From Candidatus Saccharimonadota bacterium (GTDB lineage Bacteria > Patescibacteriota > Microgenomatia > UBA1406 > GWC2-37-13), in assembly GCA_016700135.1 (NCBI GenBank), contig CP065004.1, positions 420,001 to 452,000 of the forward strand: a DNA stretch of 32,000 nucleotides. Direction: 5' to 3'. The notes beneath the pieces are model-generated. The model was not told where the DNA came from. It saw only the letters and a list, made by a program, of their open reading frames with translations, and searched no databases. Both the position numbers and the translations under genes were made by a program. This document shows positions 15,181-23,643 of the stretch, in pieces (position 1 is the stretch's first letter; every line of letters starts with the position of its first letter).

Positions 15181-16887
15181 ATGTGGTTTTTTCACATTTT
15201 AGTTGCTATTATAATAAGTATGCATAAGCAAGCTAATCGAGTAGTGCGGGTGCTTTTTTTCCTTCTTGTATCGTCGCTTGCCCTTTCCTATGCTAAAGGC
15301 GTCTCTGCTGCAGGACAGTGTGGGACACAAGATGATCGGCACTATCTGAATGTGCGTTTTTATGATGAAAACGGCAATATATGGGCTACGAACGCCCCTG
15401 ACGGAGGACAGACAGTACAGCTTTCAGGATGCCGTCCGCCTCCCGAGAGAGCACCTGTACAAGTAGGCCGACCTGATCTCCCGGATACACCTATGGACAA
15501 CTGGGTTGATGGTAGCGGCAACTGGAGGAGATGGATTTGTCGGGACAACCTAGCGACTGCTCAAATTAGAACATATCGCTGTGACACATTACCTCCGAAC
15601 GAGTTTGTCTATATTGATGTATGGACATATCCTCCATATGACCCGAATCTGACGGAATGGACATATATCGATACGGGAGACGGCGAGACATTTTCCGGAG
15701 TCGGGCCTCGGGTGACAATTCCGAATTCTGATTTACAGGATGACTCTAGCGGGAGATACCATCTGAATGTACAGATGGTTCTGGCTACCACCGACATTCA
15801 GGGTTTTAAAGTCAAAATGCCAGGAAACTATACCAGTCCGTCAACCGATAATCAGACGGTCACTCTTGCAAATGGCGCAACAACAATAGCCACGACGACT
15901 GCTAACCCCTATTACTTTCTTGATCTTGATCCGCAGCCCACCTATACGGTATCAGTGACACAACCTGCCGTAAACTACGCCGTCGGATATACTCTTTGTT
16001 TCAATGCTACAAATTGCCATACAAGCGGTATAACTATGGGAAATGCCGCTACTTTCAATTCTCCTGCCGGCGGATACAGCGACCTTTGGTGGCATTATTG
16101 GGAGTATATCGGTTGGTATCGACTAAAACAGGCATCCTTTACTAAACAAGGGGCGATCGTCAACTTTATTCCGGTGAATACCCTCCCTTATGACGCTTAT
16201 GATACAAACCAACCACTCCTGAATATTCGCCAGGCAGCTGAACCGGATGGGGTGGGGCTGGTAACATCAGGGGGCGGGATTGATCTTGGTCCTGGTAACG
16301 GAGCTACCGTCCCGGCTGTATCCCAGAAAAACTGGGCAAAGCTCACATACTCTGCAAACAAAGGATATCTTTCCAATCTCGGATCTTTCCTATCTTATGC
16401 CAGAGCTAAAAAGGAAATAAAAACGATAACCAATATCAATGATCTGGAATCAAATAAAATCAATATTTTTCAGGGAAACCTGACCCTTCAAAACAACACC
16501 ATCAATCCTTCCCGAGACAACATGGTGTTAATCGTCCAGGGCAATCTGACAATTCAGAGTGCCCCCGGGAACAACTTCAATCAGGCGCGAAGATCCTGGG
16601 GGTTCATTGTCACAGGTCAAATCAATGTAAATCCTTCAATAAATGAAATGAACGGGGTGTTTATCGCCAACAACTTCGATCTCGCATACGGCGCAGCAAC
16701 CAGCACAACACCTCTGAAAGTGGTCGGAAATCTGATCTCAAATACACCGCTCACCAATATTAAAAGATATCGTCCTGTTGCGGATTACCAAAGAGCATCG
16801 CTGTATGTCGTGTTCTATCCTGAGTACTATTATGACCTTGTGCCTTACCTCTCTACTATCACACAGGAAGGACGCCAGCTGGAGTAA
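15181..16887 (+). CDS. Secreted protein of unknown function (signal peptide; Thr/Asn-rich; repeated beta-strand-like QGNLT motifs near the C-terminus)
   Basis: 568-aa ORF. Signal-peptide-like RVVRVLFFLLVSSLALSYAKGVSAAGQ; the start may be Met14 at 15220. Near the C-terminus: IFQGNLTLQNNTI, LIVQGNLTIQSAPG and GVFIANNFDL. No family recognised. Confidence 0.6.
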   Translation: MWFFHILVAIIISMHKQANRVVRVLFFLLVSSLALSYAKGVSAAGQCGTQDDRHYLNVRFYDENGNIWATNAPDGGQTVQLSGCRPPPERAPVQVGRPDLPDTPMDNWVDGSGNWRRWICRDNLATAQIRTYRCDTLPPNEFVYIDVWTYPPYDPNLTEWTYIDTGDGETFSGVGPRVTIPNSDLQDDSSGRYHLNVQMVLATTDIQGFKVKMPGNYTSPSTDNQTVTLANGATTIATTTANPYYFLDLDPQPTYTVSVTQPAVNYAVGYTLCFNATNCHTSGITMGNAATFNSPAGGYSDLWWHYWEYIGWYRLKQASFTKQGAIVNFIPVNTLPYDAYDTNQPLLNIRQAAEPDGVGLVTSGGGIDLGPGNGATVPAVSQKNWAKLTYSANKGYLSNLGSFLSYARAKKEIKTITNINDLESNKINIFQGNLTLQNNTINPSRDNMVLIVQGNLTIQSAPGNNFNQARRSWGFIVTGQINVNPSINEMNGVFIANNFDLAYGAATSTTPLKVVGNLISNTPLTNIKRYRPVADYQRASLYVVFYPEYYYDLVPYLSTITQEGRQLE

Positions 16888-16893
16888 GTTGAG

Positions 16894-18126
16894 ATGAATA
16901 CATTATTCACTCAGATAAAGTCAGATCGTATTAGAAAGTACGCTTTGTACGTTTTCTTGTTTTTTCTTCCTGTCCAGCTCGGTACTTTTTTCTTTCTCCC
17001 GATATCATACATTGACGGTCTCCGTATTGACTATCTGGCTCCGGCTTTATATATGACCGATCTCTTAGTCTGCATGCTCATTGCCGTACACTGGAAAACC
17101 ATACGTGATGAGATAATAAAATATACACAAATCAAATGGTTGGTCTTTGCTTCTCTGTTAATTGTGCTTATTCAGATAGATACGGCAATACAGCCTGTCA
17201 TCGCACTATATCGGACGGCAAAGGTAATTGAAGGACTTTTCTTGTTCTTCATTTTTCGCAAATCCGAAATACCGGCCCCCTTGCTGTTAAAAATACTTTT
17301 TTCAGCTGCGCTCACTCAACTGAGTATAGCGCTATATCATGTCCTGACGGGCCATTCTGTGCAGGGAGGAGCATATTTTTTGGGAGAACGTTCTTTTTCA
17401 CTTTCCACACCGGGGATAGCAAAAGTAGCCATTTCAGGTGTAGAAGTACTTCGCGGGTACGGGACATTCTCTCACCCGAATTCTCTTGCCGGCTTCTACC
17501 TGCTGCTGTATGCTTTTGTCCTTTACGCTCCGAAATCGGCAGGCATCTGGAAGTACCTTTTTCTGGGAATATGTATGATGCTCATTGTCCTGTCTTTTTC
17601 AAAAGTAGCCATCCTGGGGGTACTTCTCCTGTCTGCATATTATGCCATCCGGAATCTCCAAAATTGCACGGTGTGTACACTCTCAAGAGTGACGGTACCG
17701 CTCGTACTGGCAATCATTATTTTCGGCACACAAGGGGATACGGAATCGTTGCAAAAACGCGTGTGGCTTACCGATTCAGCCGTAAAAATTATCACGTCAT
17801 ACCCGTGGACGGGAGCCGGTCTCGGGAACTACCTGTATGCACAGTCTGTATTCCCGATACCTTATACATATGTTTTTTTGCAGCCTGTTCATAATGTTTT
17901 TTTACTCCTTATAGCAGAGGCAGGCATACCCGTATTTTTTTTCATTTCTTATGTGTTTTTGCGGTATATAAAAGTGTATTTCAGTAATCCGCAAGTACAC
18001 GCTGTACTCTTTGTGCTTCTGCTTACCGGTATGTTTGATCACTACTGGCTGACACTGCAGCAGAATTTTCTACTGCTCCCTGTCGTATTTGGACTTCTCC
18101 GAAAGCATGAACATGTGGTAAAATAG
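16894..18126 (+). CDS. O-antigen-ligase-family (Wzy_C) polytopic membrane protein
   Basis: 410 aa and about 10 TM helices. Periplasmic-loop block GYGTFSHPNSLAGFYLLL and the signature QPVHNVFLLLIAEAGIPVFFF. Confidence 0.7.
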   Translation: MNTLFTQIKSDRIRKYALYVFLFFLPVQLGTFFFLPISYIDGLRIDYLAPALYMTDLLVCMLIAVHWKTIRDEIIKYTQIKWLVFASLLIVLIQIDTAIQPVIALYRTAKVIEGLFLFFIFRKSEIPAPLLLKILFSAALTQLSIALYHVLTGHSVQGGAYFLGERSFSLSTPGIAKVAISGVEVLRGYGTFSHPNSLAGFYLLLYAFVLYAPKSAGIWKYLFLGICMMLIVLSFSKVAILGVLLLSAYYAIRNLQNCTVCTLSRVTVPLVLAIIIFGTQGDTESLQKRVWLTDSAVKIITSYPWTGAGLGNYLYAQSVFPIPYTYVFLQPVHNVFLLLIAEAGIPVFFFISYVFLRYIKVYFSNPQVHAVLFVLLLTGMFDHYWLTLQQNFLLLPVVFGLLRKHEHVVK

Positions 18127-18135
18127 TGCTTACCT

Positions 18136-18206
18136 TGCCCGGTCGTCTAACGGTAGGACAACAGACTCTGGATCTGTTTATCTTGGTTCGAATCCAAGCT
18201 GGGCAG
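18136..18206 (+). tRNA. tRNA-Gln (anticodon CUG)
   Basis: Hand-folded cloverleaf. Acceptor TGCCCGG/CTGGGCA. D-arm GTCT-AACGGTA-GGAC. Anticodon arm ACAGA-CTCTGGA-TCTGT (anticodon CTG). Variable region TTAT. T-arm CTTGG-TTCGAAT-CCAAG. Discriminator G. CCA is not encoded. Confidence 0.85.
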
Positions 18207-18488
18207 CAAAACTGGATTCGGACGGGAGTGACAGTAAAGATCAGACTATTACAGTAAGCTATAGTCAAAACACTTCCATAATTTTCTTCATCGGTTCTAA
18301 ACTCATCGAGATACCAATAAAGCTCATTTTATATTGACAGCAAAGTCTAAATCGAACATGATTGACCCTAGTTAGGATTCGAACCAATTATTCCTATAGT
18401 CGAAATTGATACGTTTTGTTATACTATTTTGAATATATATTAACAGGACAATATAATTCAAATTCAGAAAAAATATATATAGTACTTA

Positions 18489-19982
18489 ATGAGAGCTTTA
18501 TTAGATACAAATATTGTTATAGATCGGGAAAATAATACAATTCTGGATAAAAAATGCCAAGATTTGTTCCGTATAGCTCAAGATAATAAAATAAATCTCC
18601 TTATTCATCCGTTAACAATAAAAGAGATTGAAAAGGATACTAATCAAGAAAGGAGAAAAATTTCACTATCAAAAATATCTTCATATTCACAACTTGAATC
18701 TCCAAAAATTTTATCTGACATTAGTCAATTCCCTGAACTAGGGAGTTTAAAAGGGAAAGACAAGATTGATGATAATTTACTTTATTGTATAAAGCGAAAT
18801 GCAGTAAATCTATTAATCACAGAGGATAAGGGATTATTGAGTAAAGCAAGTCGTATCGGAATAGATGATAAGGTAATGAATATTATTGAAGCAAATAGAT
18901 ATTTTAATAATCTATTCTATTCCTATGTCGCTACACCAATACATTTGCAGGAAGTTCCATTATCAACCTTAAATTTTGATGATACATTTTTCGATTCACT
19001 AAAATCATCATATCCTGAGTTTAAAGATTGGTGGGAAAAGATTTCTAAAGAAGGCAGAAAAGGCTTTGTACATCAATTATCTGATGGAACCATAGCTTCT
19101 CTTTTAGTAATAAAAGAAGAAAATGAACCCATCGATGATAGTACTCCAGCAATTAAAAAAGCTAAACGATTGAAGATATGTACATTAAAAGTGAATGATA
19201 CAGGTAAAAAAATCGGCGAGTTGTTTTTAAGAATTGCAATTGATTACGCTGTAGAAAAAAATATTCCTGAAATATATTTAACTCATTTTATAGAGGATAA
19301 TGATAGGCTTGTATCACTAATTAAATCTATCGGATTTATAGAAAAATCAAAAAAAGCCAGTACTGGGGAACCAATATTTATCAAATATCTAGAATTAACT
19401 AAAGAGTTTTCGACTAGAAAAGATATCAGTAGGTATTTGTTCCCTACATATTACGATGGGCCAGAAGTAAATAAATATATTGTTCCAATCAAACCAGAGT
19501 ACCATGATAGATTATTCGTCGGGAAACATGATCGTCAGCTTGCTTTGGCAGAATATAGCAACTCCATTGTAGAACAGAATACAGTTAAGAAAGCCTATAT
19601 TTGTAATTCAAGAATTACTGGTCTACAGGAAGGGGATATTATACTTTTTTATTGTTCAGATACTTTAAAAGCACTTACATCCATTGGTGTAATTCAAGAA
19701 GTATATACGAATCAAGATGAAGCTACAGAAATTGCAAATAAAGTCGGTAAAAGAACTGTCTACAGCTTATCTGAATTAGAAGAACTTGCGAGAAAAAAAG
19801 CACTTGTGCTTTTATTTAGACATCATTTTTATTTCAATAAGCCAATGGATCTCAAGCTCTTACGTGATTCTTCTTTACTAAAAGCTGCACCTCAGTCTAT
19901 AATGAAAATAGATCATCAAAAATATTTAGAGATTAAGAATAAAGCTCAAATTTATGAACGTTTTACTGTCGATAAAACCTAA
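18489..19982 (+). CDS. Three-domain protein: N-terminal PIN-like nuclease, central GNAT-like acetyltransferase, C-terminal PUA-like (ASCH/EVE-type) domain
   Basis: PIN: MRALLDTNIVIDRE and NLLITEDKGLL. GNAT-like: CTLKVNDTGKKIGELFLRIAIDYAVEKNIPEIYLTHF. C-terminal: YIVPIKPEYHDRLF...GDIILFYCSDTLKALTSIGVIQEV, a PUA-like beta-barrel pattern. Confidence 0.55.
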   Translation: MRALLDTNIVIDRENNTILDKKCQDLFRIAQDNKINLLIHPLTIKEIEKDTNQERRKISLSKISSYSQLESPKILSDISQFPELGSLKGKDKIDDNLLYCIKRNAVNLLITEDKGLLSKASRIGIDDKVMNIIEANRYFNNLFYSYVATPIHLQEVPLSTLNFDDTFFDSLKSSYPEFKDWWEKISKEGRKGFVHQLSDGTIASLLVIKEENEPIDDSTPAIKKAKRLKICTLKVNDTGKKIGELFLRIAIDYAVEKNIPEIYLTHFIEDNDRLVSLIKSIGFIEKSKKASTGEPIFIKYLELTKEFSTRKDISRYLFPTYYDGPEVNKYIVPIKPEYHDRLFVGKHDRQLALAEYSNSIVEQNTVKKAYICNSRITGLQEGDIILFYCSDTLKALTSIGVIQEVYTNQDEATEIANKVGKRTVYSLSELEELARKKALVLLFRHHFYFNKPMDLKLLRDSSLLKAAPQSIMKIDHQKYLEIKNKAQIYERFTVDKT

Positions 19983-20346
19983 GTATGTCGATAAGATAGT
20001 GCAAAGTATTAAGAAGTATGAATTTAGAAAAATCATTTTTAAGAATAAATCTCCTTGGAGGGTGTATATATATTGTTCTAGTCCAGTAAAAAAGATTGTC
20101 GGATATTTTACAATTGAAACGATTATTGAAGATCATCCTTATAATTTATGGGAGACTTGTAAAGATCATTCTGGTATCTCTAAAGAAGACTTCTTTACCT
20201 ATTTTGAAGATAGAGAAAAAGGATATGCGATAAAGATTGATAAAATAGATATATTTAAAAATCCCGTTGAGCCAAATGAATATTTCGATAATTTTATTCC
20301 GCCTCAATCATATAAATACTTAGAGGTAGATTTATTGTCCTCATAG
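19954..20346 (+). CDS. ASCH-domain protein
   Basis: 130 aa. MNVLLSIKPKYVDKIVQSIKKYEFRKIIFK...RVYIYCSSPVKKIVGYFTIETII fits the ASCH N-terminal pattern (SIkP.y...I..G.K..E.R). Overlaps the upstream gene by 29 nt. Confidence 0.6.
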   Translation: MNVLLSIKPKYVDKIVQSIKKYEFRKIIFKNKSPWRVYIYCSSPVKKIVGYFTIETIIEDHPYNLWETCKDHSGISKEDFFTYFEDREKGYAIKIDKIDIFKNPVEPNEYFDNFIPPQSYKYLEVDLLSS

Positions 20347-20398
20347 TAAGCTCTTCAACTTAATGGTAGAATTAATATTCTTAAGCACTTTCACATTT

Positions 20399-20640
20399 AT
20401 ACAGTAAAGTCATCGTCGTCGTTTGATGGTTCGAATCCATCTGTGTGTCGAATTCAGGATAAGAGAACAGAGATTCAGATATTAGTCCAATCAAAAATTA
20501 TTATAAACCTTTTACAAAATGGAAAGGAGATTTTAACTATGACATATCCCGCTATACTAATAACATTAGCATTAATTGTTCAGATTAATTTTTCATTCTT
20601 GATACATATCCATAGGGATGGACGACTGACTTTACTGTAT
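20399..20640. repeat. Inverted repeat pair (ATACAGTAAAGTCATCGTC at 20399-20417; reverse complement with a 1-nt indel at 20621-20640) flanking ~200 bp that includes a tRNA T-arm-like fragment
   Basis: Read directly. 14 nt are perfect (ATACAGTAAAGTCA) plus 5 more after a 1-nt indel. The enclosed segment contains GATGG-TTCGAAT-CCATC (20425-20441). Confidence 0.6.
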
Positions 20641-20653
20641 AAATGACGCACTT

Positions 20654-21911
20654 CTATATTAAAGTTTTATTACGTAATCGTCTTGAAATCGGCAGATATT
20701 TGATAAAGTCATGTTTTGCTTTTGGTGTTCCTTCTCGTAATATATATTTTGCAAAATCTTTCACTCCAATATTAATGTCTTCTATGAATTTGTCAGTATT
20801 TAAGTAAATAGCATCCGTGACATGTTTTTTATAATCATTCATAGTGATTTGAAGCTTTTCAGGTATCCGTATATCTTTTTCATCCATTTTTTCAATAATT
20901 TTATTTATGTAGTGCAATAATACTCGTTCCTTAACATAAGGTTCTTTACATTTTTATTCTTAAATCGTGAGCAATGATAATAAATATGGTGATGAGTACC
21001 ACCTGACTTCAGTTTTCTGTACCTTTCCTCTCCTACTACCTTAGAACCACAATTTCCACAGATAAAAATATCTTTAAAAATAAAGAATTTATATCCCCAT
21101 TTTCTCTTCATTGGCAAGCTTAGTTCTTTTGGGTTTCATCAAATATTTCTTTTGTAATGAGAGGTTCATGAGATCCTTTATACCATTTTACCACTTTTTA
21201 AGGAAACTCAAAGTAACCGTAATAAAATGGGTTTTTTAACATAAGATAAACCATGCTGTTGGTAATCTTTTACCCGTCCTAGTAGTAAATTTTTGCTTAT
21301 CCATCCATTCTTTTACCATACGACAGCTATGGTACATATATGCAACACGGTCAAATGCACCTTTTACGATCTCTGCTCTCTGGATCAATAATTATGTCTT
21401 TCATGCCTCCTAAAGATCGATTTAAATAACCAAGAGGTGCAGGACCAGGTCTCCATCCCATCTCACATTTACTTTTAATCCTCTTTTACATTAATTCCTT
21501 TATTGTCATTCTCTAATTTTGCTTGTGAACACAAGATCATGAGTAAGAATTTATCGTTTGGAGTATTGCGGAAGGTTTGGGAATAAGTCCGAATTTCTTT
21601 TAATTTCCCTTGATCCATTAAATCTACTATGACTCCAAGATCACCTGCATTTCTTGATAATCTATCCGGGTGCCATGTTAGGATAGCATTAAACTCTCAA
21701 GCATGATATCTGCAATAAGTTCTTTAAACACTGGTCTTTGTCCTGATTGCTTCGCAGAATGGCTTTCTTGTCTTATTTCCTTGACTGTAGCTCCTTCTTT
21801 TTCGGCAATAAGGGTCATCTCTTTTATTTGCGAATCAATACTCATTGCCTGACGCTCGTCAGATTCTGATGATTTTCTGGCATAAAGACAGTATCCAATA
21901 GTATCACTCAT
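20654..21911 (-). pseudogene. Large serine recombinase, heavily disrupted (at least 6 frame breaks)
   Basis: Fragments recovered in three frames. Resolvase domain: YCLYARKSSESDERQAMSIDSQ...SGQRPVFKELIADI, then ILTWHPDRLSRNAGDLGVIVDL. Recombinase domain: RGLKVKCEMGWRPGPAPLGYLN and LKNPFYYGYFEF. Zinc ribbon: ICGNCGSKVVGEERY...YYHCSRFK. Then a C-terminal coiled part. Confidence 0.75.
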
Positions 21912-22150
21912 ATTGCTGGAATGAATTGTTTAATGGTGGCAATATCCTTCTTATCAACTGCATAAACACCAGAAATACTATATTCGTACTCTTGATCCTT
22001 ATATAAATTTTCTACGTGTTGCTCAAGTAGAATTTCAGCGTAACAATGATTAAAGGTATTAATGATCCAACTGTGATAATACACATAGCCACTTATTGTT
22101 ATTTCTATAGATACTATGAAAGCTTTTGTTTGTTGTTTCATACAACACAA
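21908..22150 (-). CDS. Small hypothetical protein immediately upstream of the recombinase remnant (4-nt overlap)
   Basis: 80-aa ORF only. No motif recognised. Confidence 0.3.
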   Translation of the reverse strand: MCCMKQQTKAFIVSIEITISGYVYYHSWIINTFNHCYAEILLEQHVENLYKDQEYEYSISGVYAVDKKDIATIKQFIPAI

Positions 22151-22187
22151 TGAGGCCAGAGAAGATTGAGGAAGTCAAGTTTAAATA

Positions 22188-22961
22188 TTACATATATCTT
22201 TTATCAATGAATGGAATTGATTTTTCAATAAATTTAGCACCTAATTTTTCAGGATTTACATTTTTAGGAAATTGAGTTTTGCTGTTATAAATTGCTCCTA
22301 TTAGTTTTAAATTTTCAGTTTTACAATTTTTAAAAACTGCTCCTTGTAAATTAGCTCCTGAAAAATTTGTTTTATATAAAGTACAACTATCAAATATGGA
22401 ATGCTGTAAGTGTGCATTTTTAAACGAAGCTTTTATTAAGTCCGCTTTAAATTGTGTGCCGATTAATTTGGCTTCATCGAAAATAGCCAACCTTAAGTCA
22501 ACAACTATAAATTTTGAATTCGTTAAATTAGCTTTTATAAAATTGGCTTCTTCTAATTGTCCTCCGCTAAAGTCTACACCCCATGCTACTGCATCTTGTA
22601 GATTTGCTTTACGAAGCCATGCATCTTTAAAAATGCAATCTTGTTCGAGCCAATTATTTGCTTTTAATTCCGCAAGAGCATTTAATGCCAGTCCATTATC
22701 ACTACTACCAATTTGACGGATTAGTCTAGACTTTAATTCTTTCCGAGCTCTTTGTTCATTTATATAATCAATTATAAAAATAGTAAAAGTTAAACTTAAG
22801 GATTCAATTGCAATACCTTGAGCAAGTTGAGAACCGTGGTAAGCAAAATAAGAAGATGTAAGAAATATAAATATTAATGCAATAAAAATATACTGAAGAA
22901 TAGGCTCTAAATCTGGCATTAGCTCTTTAGTAAATATGTTTTTAATATCGTTATTAATCAT
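22188..22961 (-). CDS. Membrane-anchored pentapeptide-repeat protein
   Basis: Two N-terminal TM helices, then tandem A(D/N)LxX pentapeptides: ANLQDAVAWGVDFSGGQLEEANFIKANLTNSKFIVVDLRLAIFDEAKLIGTQFKADLIKASFKNAHLQHSIFDSCTLYKTNFSGANLQGAVFKNC. Confidence 0.8.
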   Translation of the reverse strand: MINNDIKNIFTKELMPDLEPILQYIFIALIFIFLTSSYFAYHGSQLAQGIAIESLSLTFTIFIIDYINEQRARKELKSRLIRQIGSSDNGLALNALAELKANNWLEQDCIFKDAWLRKANLQDAVAWGVDFSGGQLEEANFIKANLTNSKFIVVDLRLAIFDEAKLIGTQFKADLIKASFKNAHLQHSIFDSCTLYKTNFSGANLQGAVFKNCKTENLKLIGAIYNSKTQFPKNVNPEKLGAKFIEKSIPFIDKRYM

Positions 22962-23001
22962 AAATATATAGATATAAAATAAATCAGACTATTATAGCAA
23001 T

Positions 23002-23026
23002 AAAAACCCCTCTTTCGAGGGGTTTT
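23002..23026 (-). terminator. Rho-independent terminator (stem CCCCTC/GAGGGG, loop TTTC, A5/T4 flanks) after the 23048-23491 gene
   Basis: Read directly: AAAAACCCCTCTTTCGAGGGGTTTT. On the minus strand the hairpin is followed by TTTTT. A second 20-bp perfect palindrome, AAATAACGGATCCGTTATTT (23030-23049), overlaps the stop codon. Confidence 0.6.
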
Positions 23027-23047
23027 AGTAAATAACGGATCCGTTAT

Positions 23048-23491
23048 TTATTGAATCACTTCACACTCTTTAACTTCAATTACTCCAATTGTTTGGTTTC
23101 CAACAACACCTTGAACGGTCACAGTTTGACCATTCGTTAATGGTAGTAGTTGATCTTTATCTTTTACTTTACAGCTAATTTGAGTTAAAGAGAACTCTTT
23201 AGTAGCGATGTTTGTAAATGATAGTCCTGAATCTGTAATATTACTGATCTCAGCAGTAAATTGTACAAATTTATCTTGCCATTCATTTTCAGCAGCAACT
23301 TGATTAGCATCAAATGCGTCAGCCAAAGTTCTTGCTTCTATTACCATTGGAGTAGGGGTCGGTTCTGCTTCATTATTAGTTCCGGAGCCATTCGATCCAG
23401 AGCTATTATTTTTGTCACCAGATCCACTGAGTGCAGCAATAATAATAATTACTACCAGCGCTATTCCTCCCCACTTAAGTATTTTTTTCAT
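23048..23491 (-). CDS. Secreted or membrane-anchored small protein with an OB-fold-like (tRNA_anti-like type) C-domain
   Basis: 147 aa. Anchor WGGIALVVIIIIAALSGS, low-complexity linker NNSSGSNGSGTNNEAEPTPTP, then ARTLADAFDANQVAAENEWQDKFVQFTAEISNI...VTVQGVV, which resembles the small extracellular OB-fold family. Confidence 0.45.
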   Translation of the reverse strand: MKKILKWGGIALVVIIIIAALSGSGDKNNSSGSNGSGTNNEAEPTPTPMVIEARTLADAFDANQVAAENEWQDKFVQFTAEISNITDSGLSFTNIATKEFSLTQISCKVKDKDQLLPLTNGQTVTVQGVVGNQTIGVIEVKECEVIQ

Positions 23492-23524
23492 ATATACACC
23501 CCCTCTCTAATTTAATTTATCAAT

Positions 23525-23600
23525 AGATAATGCTAGATATATCTTGCATTATCTATCCCTATAATACAGGACAAATCGAAAAAAAGCTAGATATATCTAG
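23525..23600. promoter_or_regulatory. Operator-like repeats in the divergent region upstream of the XRE gene
   Basis: The 13-nt GCTAGATATATCT occurs twice (23532-23544, 23586-23598). The second copy is part of the perfect 14-bp palindrome CTAGATATATCTAG. The first is nested in the inverted repeat AGATAATGC...GCATTATCT (23525-23554). Confidence 0.5.
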
Positions 23601-23643
23601 TAAATAAATATGTGTCGACTTAGTAAGCTTTTTGCTAAGTCGT

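Noticed and set aside
17571-17894. 107-aa plus-strand ORF in an alternative frame
   Set aside because: It is nested in the Wzy_C gene 16894-18126. Its composition is Arg/Cys/His-rich, typical of an off-frame reading of a membrane protein gene.
18023-18268. 81-aa minus-strand ORF
   Set aside because: It overlaps the 3' end of the Wzy_C gene and runs straight through the tRNA-Gln gene.
20345-20450. Possible second tRNA gene around the perfect T-arm at 20425-20441
   Set aside because: I could not build an acceptor stem: there is no ACACACA-type 5' partner for the TGTGTGT that follows the T-arm. I also found no convincing anticodon arm. It is treated as a tRNA fragment or att scar.
20443-20646. 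67-aa ORF between the inverted repeats
   Set aside because: It is AT-rich, low-complexity hydrophobic text with no motif, lying inside a repeat-bounded non-coding-looking segment.
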